Below, piece after piece: positions 24,636 to 37,915 of a stretch of 64,000 nt of DNA (its first letter is position 1; the number at the start of each line of letters is the position of its first letter). The notes below the pieces were generated by a model. That model was given only the letters and a program-made list of their open reading frames with translations, was not told where the DNA came from and did no database searches. The DNA lies in contig MU054122.1 in NCBI GenBank assembly GCA_013239625.1, forward strand, positions 212,773-276,772, given 5' to 3'. Position numbers and translations under genes: made by a program. This DNA comes from Lama guanicoe (Eukaryota).

Positions 24636-27600
24636 AGTTCCGTGTGATCATGATACAGAAAGCATCCCAGAAATGAGATGAAATCCATCCAGCCGAGGTG
24701 ACGTACAGGGAAGGCAATTATTTCCTATCAAATGCACACGAGAGAGCTGGGCGGCCTCATTTCCAATCAGAACACACGGCTGCTCTATTAGCTGGATAAT
24801 TAAAGGCATTTTATATCAAAACACTCCTAATATTTTAAAAAAACAAAGCAAGCATGATTTACTGTGATGGTGCAGGGCTGAAAGCATGAGTGAAAAAGGA
24901 TTAACAGGATGAATTTTTCTTTCTTCAAGAATAAGAATTTCATTTTAACCTAAGAAATAAAAACCATGTTACCATGAGATAATCTATAGTTGGCATATCA
25001 AGAACGCTATAAAAATATTCAATATTTTGAGAAAGCCTTACAGCCTACTGCATAATAAACCACACTGCCAGAAGATTAAATCCCAATTTTAGCATTATTC
25101 AGAAAGAAACTGGCTCAGTCAAAATAGCTATTTCCTGCCTTTCTTCCAAACCTTCTAATTGCTTTCTTAAACTTGAGCTCCATTTGATTTACAATGATTT
25201 ATTTAAAGTTTAAAGTTTACCTGGGTAATTGACTGTACTTTAATAAAAAATAAAATAAAATATAAAGTTTACCTGAAATCAATTTCAAAGTTAGAATGAG
25301 ATGATATTTACAATTCTTTTTTATTTTATTGAAGTATAGTCAGTTACAATGTGTCAATTTCTGGTGTACAGCATAATGTCCCAGTCATGCGCAGATATAT
25401 ACATATATTCATTTTCATATTCTTTTGAACTCTTTATTTTGGGAATGTAGAAAGCCCAGTATCTTGACAGGGTTCAAATTCCCACTTTATTTTGATACCA
25501 CAAGAAGAGTTGGGCATGATCAAGTCAGAAAAATTCAAAGTAAAATAACAATGTAGTCTTATTTTATTTAGAAATAAAAGCATTTTTATTCCATTCTTTA
25601 AAGTTCATCTTCTGGGCTCCAATTTAATGTTAAAATTCTATTAATCTTAGTTTGGCTATTTTCAAATCTGAGGTCTTATCCACTCCTTGGTCTAAACATA
25701 AAACAATCATTCCACATTTATCCCCATTTTGTGTGGATTCTTGTTCATTCCAGCTATCTTGAACTGTAAATATAAAAATCTTAGGTTGATGGGTATCTCA
25801 CATTTAGAGGTAAACTAACACATATATGATCATGAAAGATTCTTTATTTTTTGTTTCTGTATGCTTAACCATGGTGTACATCATTCCTCCTCAGAACCCT
25901 AAAATAACTATTACTTGCAGTAGATCAAAGTTATGGAGTTCACTAATGTTCTTGCACTTACTTCAAATCCTTTTAAAAGAACTTTAAAAATGTGAAAGGT
26001 TGTCCTATTTCTCTCTTACCAAACAGACAGGATCACAATACTCCTAAAATATCAACTTCATGATAGATTTCACTTTTATATATTTATTTCCTGTTAAAGA
26101 GAGAAAAATGAGGCACAGTGACAATTCTTTGGAAGCCTGAGAAAATTAGTTTTTAGTATCTCATCCCCAAGACTTCTATAAACGCCACAGATATGTTGCT
26201 CACTCTCTGTTTACACCCGATTTTTGTGTAAATTAAGGAATCCATTGTATGTTGTAGTTGCTGACTATTGTTCTTTAAATAAGGAATAACTACCCAGACC
26301 TTGTGGGCTCTCCTGTGAAAATAAATGCTGGAAATGATATACTTGAATTGATAAAGGAAAATGAATAAAAATAAGATGAAACACAAAGCAAGCAAATGAA
26401 AGCTTTATTGAGACATCAAATATATAGAGTCTACTCCATTCTTGTTTTATTAGCATCTGAAATTTGATATGCATATTAATATCCAGCAAGGAGTTCCCTG
26501 TAGATGGAGGAAGACACTCAGAAATCAAATTATTTGACTCAAAGATTTAAAACTATTACAAGATGATTACAAGACAAAGTCCACGGGTAAAATTCAAAAA
26601 ATACTTGGTCTCTACTGTGTGCTAGATAATATTTTAAGTGGGGGAGAATACGCAATGAACAAGACAAAGCCCTCCAGGCTCACTTAAAATATTGCTAACA
26701 TGAACTCAAAAACTATACATTGAATTCTTACTTTTTCTTTTCCTAGGCTATAAGTTTAAGGGAAATTGTGTAACAATATTCTTATGGAGGTAGACACCAA
26801 AAAATATTTCAGTTCTCACAAATGAAATACTAATACCACCCTCACTCTAGGAATGAAAACATTTCTCTATATTAACCACCTGGACAAGTATTACGTTCTC
26901 TGGTTAAATGTTCATTTGCAAGGCTCTGCGATTAACTGTAATTAACTAATTCATTGAGTGTCCTATGAAGGCCAGAAAAAGATGCACTTAGTGTGAGGGA
27001 GGATAGCATCCCTAGCCTTTAAGGCACTTGGAATTTACACACGTGAAAAATGCACAAACAGGTCTGAAGTAAATAAAGATACGAATCCAAATATCCAATA
27101 AACACAATGACATGTTTCGACTTGGAGATTTTCTTTGCCCTGGTCCAGTTGAAGGTAAATAGGCCAGCGCTTGAGACTTAAAATTCGTAATGTCTCCAAA
27201 ATCTCTCTCCCTCTTACAAGCAGTTTGAGGCTGTGTCCCCAGCAGAGCTGAGGGAGGCTGGGGGTGGTGGGGGTGTTGCTGGTAGAGTCTTACTCCAGGT
27301 CGTGTTGCTAAAGAAGAAAGACGCTGGATCTCATCGTCACTGACATCTTTAAAACATTTTTTTATGAAATCCCGAAGCCCTAGACACAGGCTTTTCCAGG
27401 AAAGTAGTTTTCAATTCTGTCTTTTCAGTGGATGTTTGTGATAAATATGAGTCTTGTCTCTCCTGCGACTCACTCTCAGGTTGACCCAGGAAACACGAAA
27501 TTCTGCCTGGTAGCTGTAACGATCTCTTTCTCTCCCACAGAAAGCACACTAGAGCTGTTCACAGGGATAACCATGACTACATGCCATTTTATTTTTTAAA

Positions 27601-27711
27601 AGGTAAATCATCTGCCAACTTGGGCAATTTAACTCTTGTTAGTTACAACTTACTCAGAATGGACCTCAGAGCCATCCCCAGTGTTTCCATTGAAAGCTTC
27701 CTCTAACCGAA

Positions 27712-27905
27712 GGATCAGCCAGTGTCTTCTGCAAAGGACCAGAGGGTAAATATCATCACCTCTGTGGGCCATGCAGTCTTCATGGCAACTATTCAACTGT
27801 CACTGTAGCACAGAACCATCCATAGGCAAGACCTAAATGAATGAGCATGCATGTTCCAATAAAACTTTATTTACAACAAGAAGGAGGCTGCACTGGACCC
27901 ATGGG
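27712..27905. mobile_element. MER58-like hAT element
   Basis: 'ctgcaaaggaccagagggtaaatat...gttccaataaaactttatttaca'. Confidence 0.7.
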
Positions 27906-28962
27906 CTCTAACTAGTTCTCACCCCCTTCTCAGACTCAAGATAGGACTGCTCCCCAGTTTATCCAGTCTTGGCCTATCTCTGGTGGCCTTCTCCCTTTTT
28001 ATGCAATATACCATCCTCTCCTCTTTAAACAGAATCTCCCCAATACATAGATAATTCTTTTCCTGGTCATTTGATATTGCTTCATTTACATTTCTTACAT
28101 GGCTGTTTTCCTTCCGTCTGATATTCTGGAATATATTCCTATGACTTCTGTCTTATTTCTACCCATGGTGATACACGCTTTGGCTAGAGAAGAGCACTTC
28201 CTAAGTGAAAGCACATTTCCTGCATTAAATGAGGACTACTGCGTTTGTAAAATTTCCAGCCATCAGTAACTATTGCCAAATAGAGCAAGGCTTCTAATTA
28301 ACAAATGCTGAATTCTAAATGGTGTGCCAGACTGCTTAATTTGATCTGTTGCCTTTTAATTCCCCGACTGGAAGTCTTGGGCTTGGCTTTATCCCCATCC
28401 AATCACTTCTTTTCTTAAATCTAATCTCGGTTGTCCTGTAGGTCATGTTAATTATTTCCACTAATGTATTTGTTTATCGCAGGTAGAGGACCTCTAAGTT
28501 TAGAGAACTAGTAGCTCATAGTTCTGCTAGTTTTATCTCCCAGGCAACAAAAGCAATACCTGACCATGGCTTTGTTTGTTTTTCAGGTCTTATTCTTTTC
28601 TTTCTCTTTCTCTTTTGTCTGGAACCTCTACATTTATAACCTAATAGAATATTAAAACTCAAACAAAGGACACAAAAGAAGAATAAGGAGCGGGTTTCAC
28701 TAGAGAAATGAAGTCTGAGGTGAAGATGCTGTGCTGGAGATGGCAGCACACAAGGGTGAAAAAGTAAGTGGTGAGGATTGTAGCAAGCAGGCAGGTGAGT
28801 GCTTTCCTAGTGCCCTCCCCTCCTAACTCCAGTTTCCAGCTGTTTCTCCACAGCCCGGCACCTGCCAGACATGAGCTGGCCTGGAGGACAAAAGCAAACC
28901 TCTGCCCAGGCCAATAAGGAAAAGCTTAGGCAAGATTTTTCTCCTCTTGTGGCAAGATCTCC

Positions 28963-29425
28963 TGTATTCATTTCCTGCTGTTCTGAAACAAATGATCACA
29001 AGTGTAGTGGCTGAAAGTGATGTGAATGTATTATCTTACATTTCTGGGAGTCAGAAGTCCAAAAGGGGGCTCATGAGGCTAAAATCAAGGAGTCAGCAGG
29101 GAGGCATTTAGGGAAAATCTGTTTTCTTGCCGTTTCCAGCATCCAGAGTCTGTCTGCATTCCAGGGCTCATGGCCCCTTCCTCCATCTTCAAAGCAGCAC
29201 AGTAAAATCTTCAGTCTTGGTCTGACTCTGACCCTGTTGCCTCCCTCATTCACTTAGGAGCATCCTTGTAATGACATTGGGCCCACCCAGATCATCCAGG
29301 GTAATCTCTGCATCTCAAGGTCAACTGATTAGCAAACTTAATTCCACCTGCAACTTTAATTCCCCCATAACATAATCACCAGTCCCAGGGGATATCTTTG
29401 AGAGGCCATTATTCTACCTACTACA
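28963..29425 (-). mobile_element. MaLR LTR (MLT1C/D-like)
   Basis: tgtattcatttcctgctg...gggcccacccagatcatccagggtaatctc...attctacctactaca. Confidence 0.85.
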
Positions 29426-31054
29426 TTAACTGAGTCTAGAATTCAATAAGTGAGAATTCTGGAGGCAACCTTATGTATATCTTGACAAAATTCCTGAATC
29501 TTAAAATTAGAAGTAAATTTCACAAGATTTTAGATGGAAGTTATAGTGATTCTCACACACACACACACACACACACACTCCCAACTGGTATTAAGTTTAT
29601 CTGTAGAATGAACATGGAAAATGACAGACATCTACAGGCTACCAAGGAAAGGAACACCCCGCAATCCAAGAAATGTGTGTCCATCTAAGACATCATTTGC
29701 CCACCAAGGAATATAATGATATTTATTTATGAATATGCAAGGGTTCCAAAAATACATTCCATGAACTTCATCCAAGGACAATATTCAAGGAAAAAACCTT
29801 TAGCCAAACAACACAATGTTCAGAATAGAGATCAGAAAAATAAAAAGAGAAAAGAGTGTTCAGTAATGAACCTTGAAATTGAAAAATCATCACACCTAAA
29901 TAAAGAACAGTAGAACATGAAGATTAGAAATCAGAGACTTCATTTATTTGACTGACCATATATGTGGAAATCTAATTTGTAATTTTAATTGATAAGAGAA
30001 GCCTTGAAAGGAAGGTGGTCTTTGATGACATAAGTCTTTAAGGGGTATGTTGATATTGCTTTTCTTTGCAAGACAAGAAAGAGAATGAAGAAAAATATTT
30101 ACATCCTGCTGGCTACTACAGCACTCCAAATAAACAAACAAACAAACAACAGTGTTGGAAACTACCTAGAAATGTCCACAGTCTCTGAGGTTAAAGTAAC
30201 TCAGCTAGAGATACAGTCCTCAAATTTCCTAATAGCTATGAGAAAAAATAAGACTTCTTGAGAAATATGAGTATTTGACAATCAGACTTGGAAATATAAT
30301 GATTTAACCACAAAGCTTGAAAACATTGTTGTAGGAAATTGATTTTGTTCACTTCAGCTGTGAATTAACTCATCAGACCTGGGATAAATAACGTACTGCT
30401 CAGGACGTGAACTTTTCTGGCCTTGTGATAATGAACCTATGACACTACACTTTCTGCTGTTTCTCAGAAAGGTTTTTGTCCCCCCCATCAGTTCTTTTCT
30501 CAGCAGCTATAGAAATAATCCAAGCCGCTTCTGATAGATCCGATTCATATACAGCACAGAGTTTCTTTCTTCCACACACTGTAAAATGCTAATAACAGTC
30601 TTGTACTAAAAGTTATAAATTCAGCAAAACCTAGGAGTTGAGGAGAGGAGAGGGTTAAGTAAAATTAAAAGTATTCTAAATTTATCTTCTTTCTGGTGCA
30701 TGGGGAGAAAACAGTGGTAAAATAGAGTATCTTAAGTGTAAAGGAATAGTATTCTATTTTCATATAATAGTAAAGTCATGATGCTTGATTATGAATGTAC
30801 TTTTTCACAAAGAGAAAAAAACTGACATTTTCAAAGGCTGAAATTTTAAAGACCATATTCTCTGATCATCATCCAATAAAATTTGACAAAAAATAAAAAT
30901 ATGCCTCTGTGACTCAGAAAATCAGAAATTCACTTCTAAATACAAGTCAGATAAAAGAGAACAATTTAAATGAAACCATGAACGGTGGAGAAAGCAATGA
31001 AAGGAAGGCCACTGCATTCTAAAGCCACTGGAACACAATGAAAACTGTCCTTGG

Positions 31055-31671
31055 TGTAAAATTTTAACCTTGAATGCTGTGGAGGGCGGCCCCAAGACCA
31101 TTCTCAGGCTTAATGATTCACCAGAAAGACTCACAGAGCTCAGAAAAGGAAAAGATCATGCTCACAGTTAGTGCAGGAAAAAGAAGTGGATTAATATCAG
31201 CAAAAGGAAATGGGATGATGTCCAGGAGAAGCCAGGTGCAAGCTTCCAGGTATCCTCTGCCAGTAGAGTAACACAGATGTGCCTAATTCTCCCAGCACTG
31301 ATGTGTGACTACATACACAAAGTGTTGTCAACCAGGGATGCTCCTCTGAGCTTCAGCGTCCAGGGTTTTACTGAGAATCAGAAACACAGGCACACAGTGT
31401 CTGCATGACTGATCTCAGCTACTTAGACTCCAGCATTCCAGAGCAAAAACAAGCATTCACAAAAAAATCACATTGCTAGCATAAATTATCTGATGAAATT
31501 TGGTACTGCATGGCCCAAGGCTCCAGACATGCAGGAACACCCTGATTAGGCAGAATTTTCTAAGGGCTCAGAGCTCATCTCCCAGCACTTGGCCAAGGGC
31601 CAGCCCTGAAGACAGCCTTCCTTGGGAATGTGTGGAGCTTGAGCAGCCAGACCTGCTAAGTTTCTTGCACA
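31055..31671. mobile_element. LTR element (MER21/MER77-like)
   Basis: TG..CA bounded; 'ccccaagacc...gaaagactcacagagctcagaa...ggccagccctgaagacagcc'. Confidence 0.65.
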
Positions 31672-31759
31672 ATACCTCCATGATTATAGGGGCAAAAAAT
31701 TAAAAGAAATGTAATGTTAGTCTTAAGAAATTAGAAATAAAATCAAAAACAAAAGAGCA

Positions 31760-34700
31760 CAAAAAGAAATTCAGATAGCAAAATAATATAGAAAAAATAC
31801 ATAATAAGAGGTTGAATGTATCCCAAAGCCAGTTATTCCAAAAGACCAATACAATAGATAAAGTCTCCTGAGCTTAATAAAGTAAGAAAGAGAACAGACA
31901 TTGTAACTGATGCCACAGAAGTAAAAATGATTTTTAAGAGACTATTATGAACAATTACACACTGACAAATTAGATAACATAGAAGAAATACATTTCTAGA
32001 AAATATTACCTACCAAGGCTGAACCTTGAAGAAACTGAAACCTTGAACAAACTAATAATTGATGAAGGTACTCAAAAACCTCCCAACAAACAAAAGCCCA
32101 CAACCAGATGGCTTAAAGAATTAACACCAACCCTTCTCAAGCACCTTCAAAAAACTGAAAAAGAGGGAACACTTCCAAACTCATTTTATAAATCCATTAT
32201 TACTCTGAAACCAGAGCCAAAGATACTACAAGAAAAGAAGACTACAGGTCAATATCTCTGATGATGAACATAGATGCAACAATTTTCAACAAAATTCTAG
32301 CAAACTGAATTCAATAGCAATTAAAAGGCTCATATACCATGGCCAAGTGGATTTTATTCCTCAAATGCAAAGATGGTTCAATGTATGCAAACCAATTAAT
32401 ATGATACACTATATTAACAGGTTGAGAGATAAAAATCAGATGATCGTCTAATTAGATGCAGAAAAAATTGACAAAGTTCAACATCCTTTCATGATAAACA
32501 CTCTGAACAAAGTAGAGAAGATACGTACCTCAAAACGATAAAGGCCATATATGAAAAGTCCATAGCTAACATACTCAACAGTGAACAACTGAAAACTTCT
32601 CCTCTAAGATCAGGAGCAAGACAAGGATGCCACTCTTGCCACTTCTATCCAACATAGTAGTAGCCAGAGAAATTAGGCAGGAAAAAGAAATAAAAGGCAT
32701 CCACATTGAAAAGGAAGGAGTAAAATTATTGTTGTCTGCAAATGACATGATCTTACATGTAGAAAGTCCTAAGGACTCTACAAAAAACAAAAACTGTCAG
32801 AACTAATACAAAATATGGTATAGCTGCAGGATACAAAATCAACACACAAAAATCCGTTGCAAACTATCTGAAAAGATAACTAAGAAAACAGTCCCACTTA
32901 CAGTCAAAAAGAATAAAATACTTAGGAATAAACTCAACCAAGGAGGTGAAAGACATGTACATGGAAACTACAAATCATTGATGAGAGAAATTAAAGACAA
33001 ATAAACGGAAAGACAGCCTGTGTTTATGGATTGGAAGACTCACTATTGTTGAAATGGCCACACAAAACAAAACTCTATGCATATTCAATGCGATCCCTAT
33101 TAAAATATCAATGGCACTTTTTTTCCCTAGAGAAAACAATCTTAAAATTCATATGGAATCACAAAAGAATCCAAATCTTGAGAAAGAAGTTTTACTTAAT
33201 ACTTACATAATACTTTCCATAATACTTCCTGATTTCAGAGTATATTACAAAGCTATAGTAATTAAAACAGATTAGTACTAGCATAAAAACAGACATATAG
33301 ACCAATGGAACAGAAGGTAGAGTCCAGAAAGAAACCCATGCATATACAGGCAATGAATCTTCAACAAGGGTGCCAAGAATACACAACGGGGAAAGGACAG
33401 TTTCCTAATAAATGGTGCTGGGAAACTGGATACAAAAGAATGGAATTGGTCCCTTATCTTACATCACACACACAAATCAATACAAAATGAATTAAAGACC
33501 TAAGCATAAGAACTAAAACTATAAAACTTCTAGAAGAAAACAGATGAAAAACTTCATGACTTTGGTCTTGGCAATGATTTATTGGATATGACACCAAAAG
33601 CCCAAGCAACAAAAGCAAAATTAAACAAGTGGGACCACATCACATTAAGAAGTTTCTGCACAGCAAAGGAAAAAATCAACAGCATGACAAAGCAACCTAT
33701 GGAATGGGAGAAAATAAGACCCCAAAATACAAGGAACTCCTACATCGCAATAGCCAAAAATTAAATAACACAATTGAAAAATGGGCAAAGAGCATAAAGG
33801 GACATTTCCCCAAAGAAGACTTATAGATGGCCAACAGGCATTTGAAAAGATGCTCAACATCACTAATGATCAGGGAAATGCAAGTTAGACCCTTAATCAA
33901 AACAAAGATACACTATGAGGAGACATTAAGACATAACTTCTTCACACATCAGGATGCTTATTATCCAAAAAGCAAAAGATAGCAAACTGGTGAGAAAGTG
34001 GAAAAATTGGAACTCTTGTACACCGTAGGTGGAAATGTAAAATATTATAACTGCTATGGAAAACAGTATGGCCTTTCCTCAATAAAGTTAAAAATACAGC
34101 CACCATATGATCCAACAATTCCACTTCTGGGTATTTAGTCAAAAAAATTGAAAATCAGTATCTCAAAGAGATACTAGAATTCTTGCTTTCATTGCAGCAT
34201 TATTTATAATAGCCAAGATATGGAAACAAACTAAATTTCCGTTGATAGATGAGTGGATAAAGAAAATGTAGTGGATACATACAGCAGAGTATTCAGTCAT
34301 AAAAAAGGAAGGAAATCCTGCCATATGCAACCAACATAGATGAACCTGGACATTACGCTAAATGAAAAAAATCCAGTCACAGAAGGACAAATACTGCATG
34401 AGTCTACTTATATGAAGTATCTAAAATAGTCCAACTCATAGAAGCAGAGAGTAGACTGGTGGTGACCAGGGGCTGGGGGTGGGAGTAATGGGCAAATTGT
34501 TCAATGGGTATAAAGTTTTAGTTACCCAAGATGAGTAAGTTCTAGAGATCTGCTGTACAACACGGTGCCTGTAGTTAACAATTCTGTATTGTACACTGAA
34601 GGGTTTTTTATACGAACAATGATGCTTATGCAGAGAAATTTACTGAATATTTTTTTCAAAATTCAGCCTCTGATGGTATAACCACAAGCCATTTTAAATC

Positions 34701-35420
34701 GGCTAGTTTATAAGCATAGTATCACATTTTTTATAACCTCTTCATAATCTTGCGGTTTTACAGAGTCTTGTTTTATAGACACCATGATAATTAATGGAAT
34801 GAATTTAAATTGTTTCCCATTCTTTCTTCCCTGGTTCCTTTCTTTTTTTATCTTCCCACTGATAGTCTTTGGCAGCTCTTAAATAAATTCTACCTGTTTA
34901 TATCAAGGGAAGAAAATTAACCCAAAAGTTTTCATCTTTAGACAAAGTCAATTATATAGTAGTTCTGTTATGAACTATTCAATAGCACTTATCTTTCTGG
35001 GACATTTGTAAAATGCTGTTTTGTTTTTTTTTTTAAATATACATGCTCCTGAATCTCCTTTTTCAGTTGTTCTTGATCATGTGACTTGTAATCAAGGTTC
35101 AGAATAATAAAAGCCTTTACTACTTAAAACAAATATTTGAAACACACACACACACATACACACACACACATACACACATACACAAAGAGTTTGATAAAAG
35201 AGTAGACCTCAAGTCAAGGGTTTTCAACCACCAAAAAAGGGGGTGAAGATAGAAGGAAACTTTCGGAGGTAATGGATATATACATATATGTGTATATATA
35301 TTACCTTGACTGTGATGATTTCATGAGTGTATGTATGTATTCAAACTCATCAAATACATATATATTAAATATATGCAGTTTTTGTATATCAATTATACCT
35401 CAGTAAATCTGTTAAAAATA
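31760..35420 (+). mobile_element. L1 (L1MB-like) ORF2 plus 3'UTR, degenerate
   Basis: Translated pieces KELTPTLLKHLQKTEKEGTLPNSFY, FNAIPIKI and DMTPKAQATKAKLNKWD; the 3'UTR is interrupted at ~34607-35184. Confidence 0.9.
34607..35184 (+). pseudogene. Putative processed 3'UTR fragment of an unidentified mRNA
   Basis: AU-rich non-L1 block that splits the L1 3' motif 'tattgtacactgaa...gtttgataaaagagtagacctc'; AATAAA at 35106-35111; A-rich then (CA)n tail; near-TSD aagggttt/aagagttt. Confidence 0.55.
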
Positions 35421-35808
35421 GTTTCCAAAAATAAAAGAGATCAAAAACATATACAGAATTAGGACTGAGAAAGAAAACAAGATAAGGAAGGCATTAAAAT
35501 CATTTTTTAGAATCCTAGATATAATTCATAGCAATTAAGTTCAAAGCCGAGAGGAAATGTAGTTTTTGAGCAAAATATAAACTGCCAAAATTGATCCCAG
35601 ATTAAACAAATTACCAATAGAAGAAATTGAAAAGATGATTAAATATTTACTATAAAAAATACAGCAATACTATGTATTGTCACAGCTGAGTTCTTACAAT
35701 AAAAGCCTAATTTGGGTATTATTTATACAATTCAAGACCACAAGAAAATATTAAAAGCTTCCAGATTCATTTTATGAAGTTATTATAACCTCTATTTTAA
35801 AATTGATA

Positions 35809-37597
35809 GGTGGAATCTGGGCGAGCCCTCCTCCTAGATTCTGATTTCCCAGTTTAGAACTGGTATCTAGATCACTATAGCAACTGGCCAGAGGTTGATG
35901 AGAGCGATTCGAGTTTCTGAATATGGTGGACCAGAAGTGCTGAAACTCCAGTCGGATATAGCTGTACCAATTCCAGAAGAACATCAGGTTCTAATCAAAG
36001 TGCCAGCCTGTGGTGTGAACCCAGTGGACACATATATTCGCTCTGGTACCTACAGTAGGAAACCGCGCCTCCCCGCTACTCCTGGTGTAGATGTGGCTGG
36101 GCTGATAGAAGCTGTTGGAGAGCGTGTATCTGCTTTCAAGAAAGGTGACAGAGTCTTCACCACGAGCACGGTCTCGGGCGGCTATGCCGAGCACGCGCTG
36201 GCCGCCGATCACACCGTTTACAAGCTGCCGGAGAAGCTGGACTTCCAGCAAGGAGCTGCCGTCGGCGTCCCGTGCTTCACGGCCTATCGCGCTCTGCTCC
36301 ACAGCGCCTCCGCGAAAGCTGGAGAAAGTGTTCTGGTTCACGGAGCTAGTGGAGGAGTTGGACTAGCAGTGTGCCAGATTGCTAGAGCTTATGGCTTAAA
36401 GGGTTTGGGCACGGCCGCTACTGAGGAAGGACAAAGGGTTGTTTTGCAGAATGGAGCCCATGAAGTGTTTAATCACAGAGGAGATAATTATATTGATAAA
36501 ATTCAGAAACCTGTTGGTGAAAAAGGAATTGATGTGATTATTGAAATGTTAGCTAATGTAAATCTTAGCAACGATTTGAACCTTTTGTCCCAAGGAGGAC
36601 GAGTAATAATTGTTGGCAGCAAAGGTCCAATTGAAATAAATCCACGGGACACCATGGCAAAGGAATCTAGCATAAAAGGAGTTACTCTCTTTTCATCAAC
36701 TAAGGAGGAATTTCAGCAGTTTGCAGCAGCCCTTCAAGCTGGAAAGGAAATTGGTTGGTTGAGACCTGTAATAGGTTCTCAGTATCCGTTGGAGACGGTG
36801 GCCCAGGCTCATGAAGATCTCATTCACAGCAGTGGCGCTACTGGAAAAATGGTTCTTCTCTTAAAATGATTACTCCTTTCATGGATTTCCTATTAGAAGT
36901 TTCTTACAGTATCTTTGCTTTAATTGGCATTCATTTGATTTAGTAAGTTTCTTATATTAAAAAAAGATGTATCTTTAGAAATTATAAGCATTAGCGTATG
37001 ATTTATTTCATAGCTGGCAGTATTCTTTAAGCCTCTACCTCTCATCAGGGAGGCATCAGAGTAGGATGTTAGTGGTCACTGGGCATTGGAGTGCATTGCA
37101 GAAATACCTAATTGATGCGTGATCATTAATTCCGTATCTTTGACTAAAACCTGCTCATTCAAAATAACACTGCTTGATTTCCAAGCCTACTTCTCCTTCT
37201 ACAGGTTCTTTAGTCTCTGATTAGCCCAGAATTATATTGGACTCTGAAATTTTCTGGACTAAATGAGACCCCCTTTTCAACACTTATCTCATCTAGATCT
37301 ACAAGACTCTCAGAAGGGCAAGATAACCATGTCCAGAGAAATTTGTTAGTTTTCCAATAGTTTCCAAAATAGTAGAACATTGACTAGGTTAATGAATGAT
37401 TACCAATGATCCATATCTTTTGTGAGGACAGCAGCCTTATCTTTGATACGATATGATGGGTACATAGTTTCCAAATAGATACTCCTTGATTGATTCAGCT
37501 TCAAAGTAGATTTAGAATGATCTGTTTTTGTGATGGGGGTCATATATTTTTCTTTAAATTAATAAATGAATTTAACACATTAAAAAAAATAAAAAAA
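35809..37597 (+). pseudogene. CRYZ: Processed copy of CRYZ mRNA (5'UTR, CDS, 3'UTR, poly(A))
   Basis: Intronless; AATAAA 37561-37566; A tail 37582-37597; exact TSD taaaattgata at 35798-35808 and 37598-37608. Confidence 0.95.
35898..36869 (+). CDS. CRYZ: Uninterrupted zeta-crystallin / NADPH:quinone reductase ORF in the retrocopy (323 aa from internal Met8; expression unknown)
   Basis: [18 protein letters not shown]...HGASGGVG...GKMVLLLK*; no stop or frameshift; native start codon reads ATA at 35877-35879. Confidence 0.6.
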   Translation: MRAIRVSEYGGPEVLKLQSDIAVPIPEEHQVLIKVPACGVNPVDTYIRSGTYSRKPRLPATPGVDVAGLIEAVGERVSAFKKGDRVFTTSTVSGGYAEHALAADHTVYKLPEKLDFQQGAAVGVPCFTAYRALLHSASAKAGESVLVHGASGGVGLAVCQIARAYGLKGLGTAATEEGQRVVLQNGAHEVFNHRGDNYIDKIQKPVGEKGIDVIIEMLANVNLSNDLNLLSQGGRVIIVGSKGPIEINPRDTMAKESSIKGVTLFSSTKEEFQQFAAALQAGKEIGWLRPVIGSQYPLETVAQAHEDLIHSSGATGKMVLLLK

Positions 37598-37915
37598 TAA
37601 AATTGATAAAAAGTTGTATGAAAGGAAAAAGAAACAGACAAATCTCACATGAATACAAATGTAAAACATTCTACTAACAAATAGAACCCAGCAACATATC
37701 ACAGGAATAATACATTGTGAACAAGTAGGATTTATTTCATAAATTCATGGATGTTTTAATATTATAAAATCTGTCAACATAATTTGCTACATTGATCATT
37801 GTAAAAAGTAAAAGCGTGTATCATGACATTGGATGATAAAAAGTTACTTAATAAAATTAAACAATTTAGTCTAACAAAATTCTAACTAATGTAAGAGGAG
37901 CAGAAAGAAGTACAT

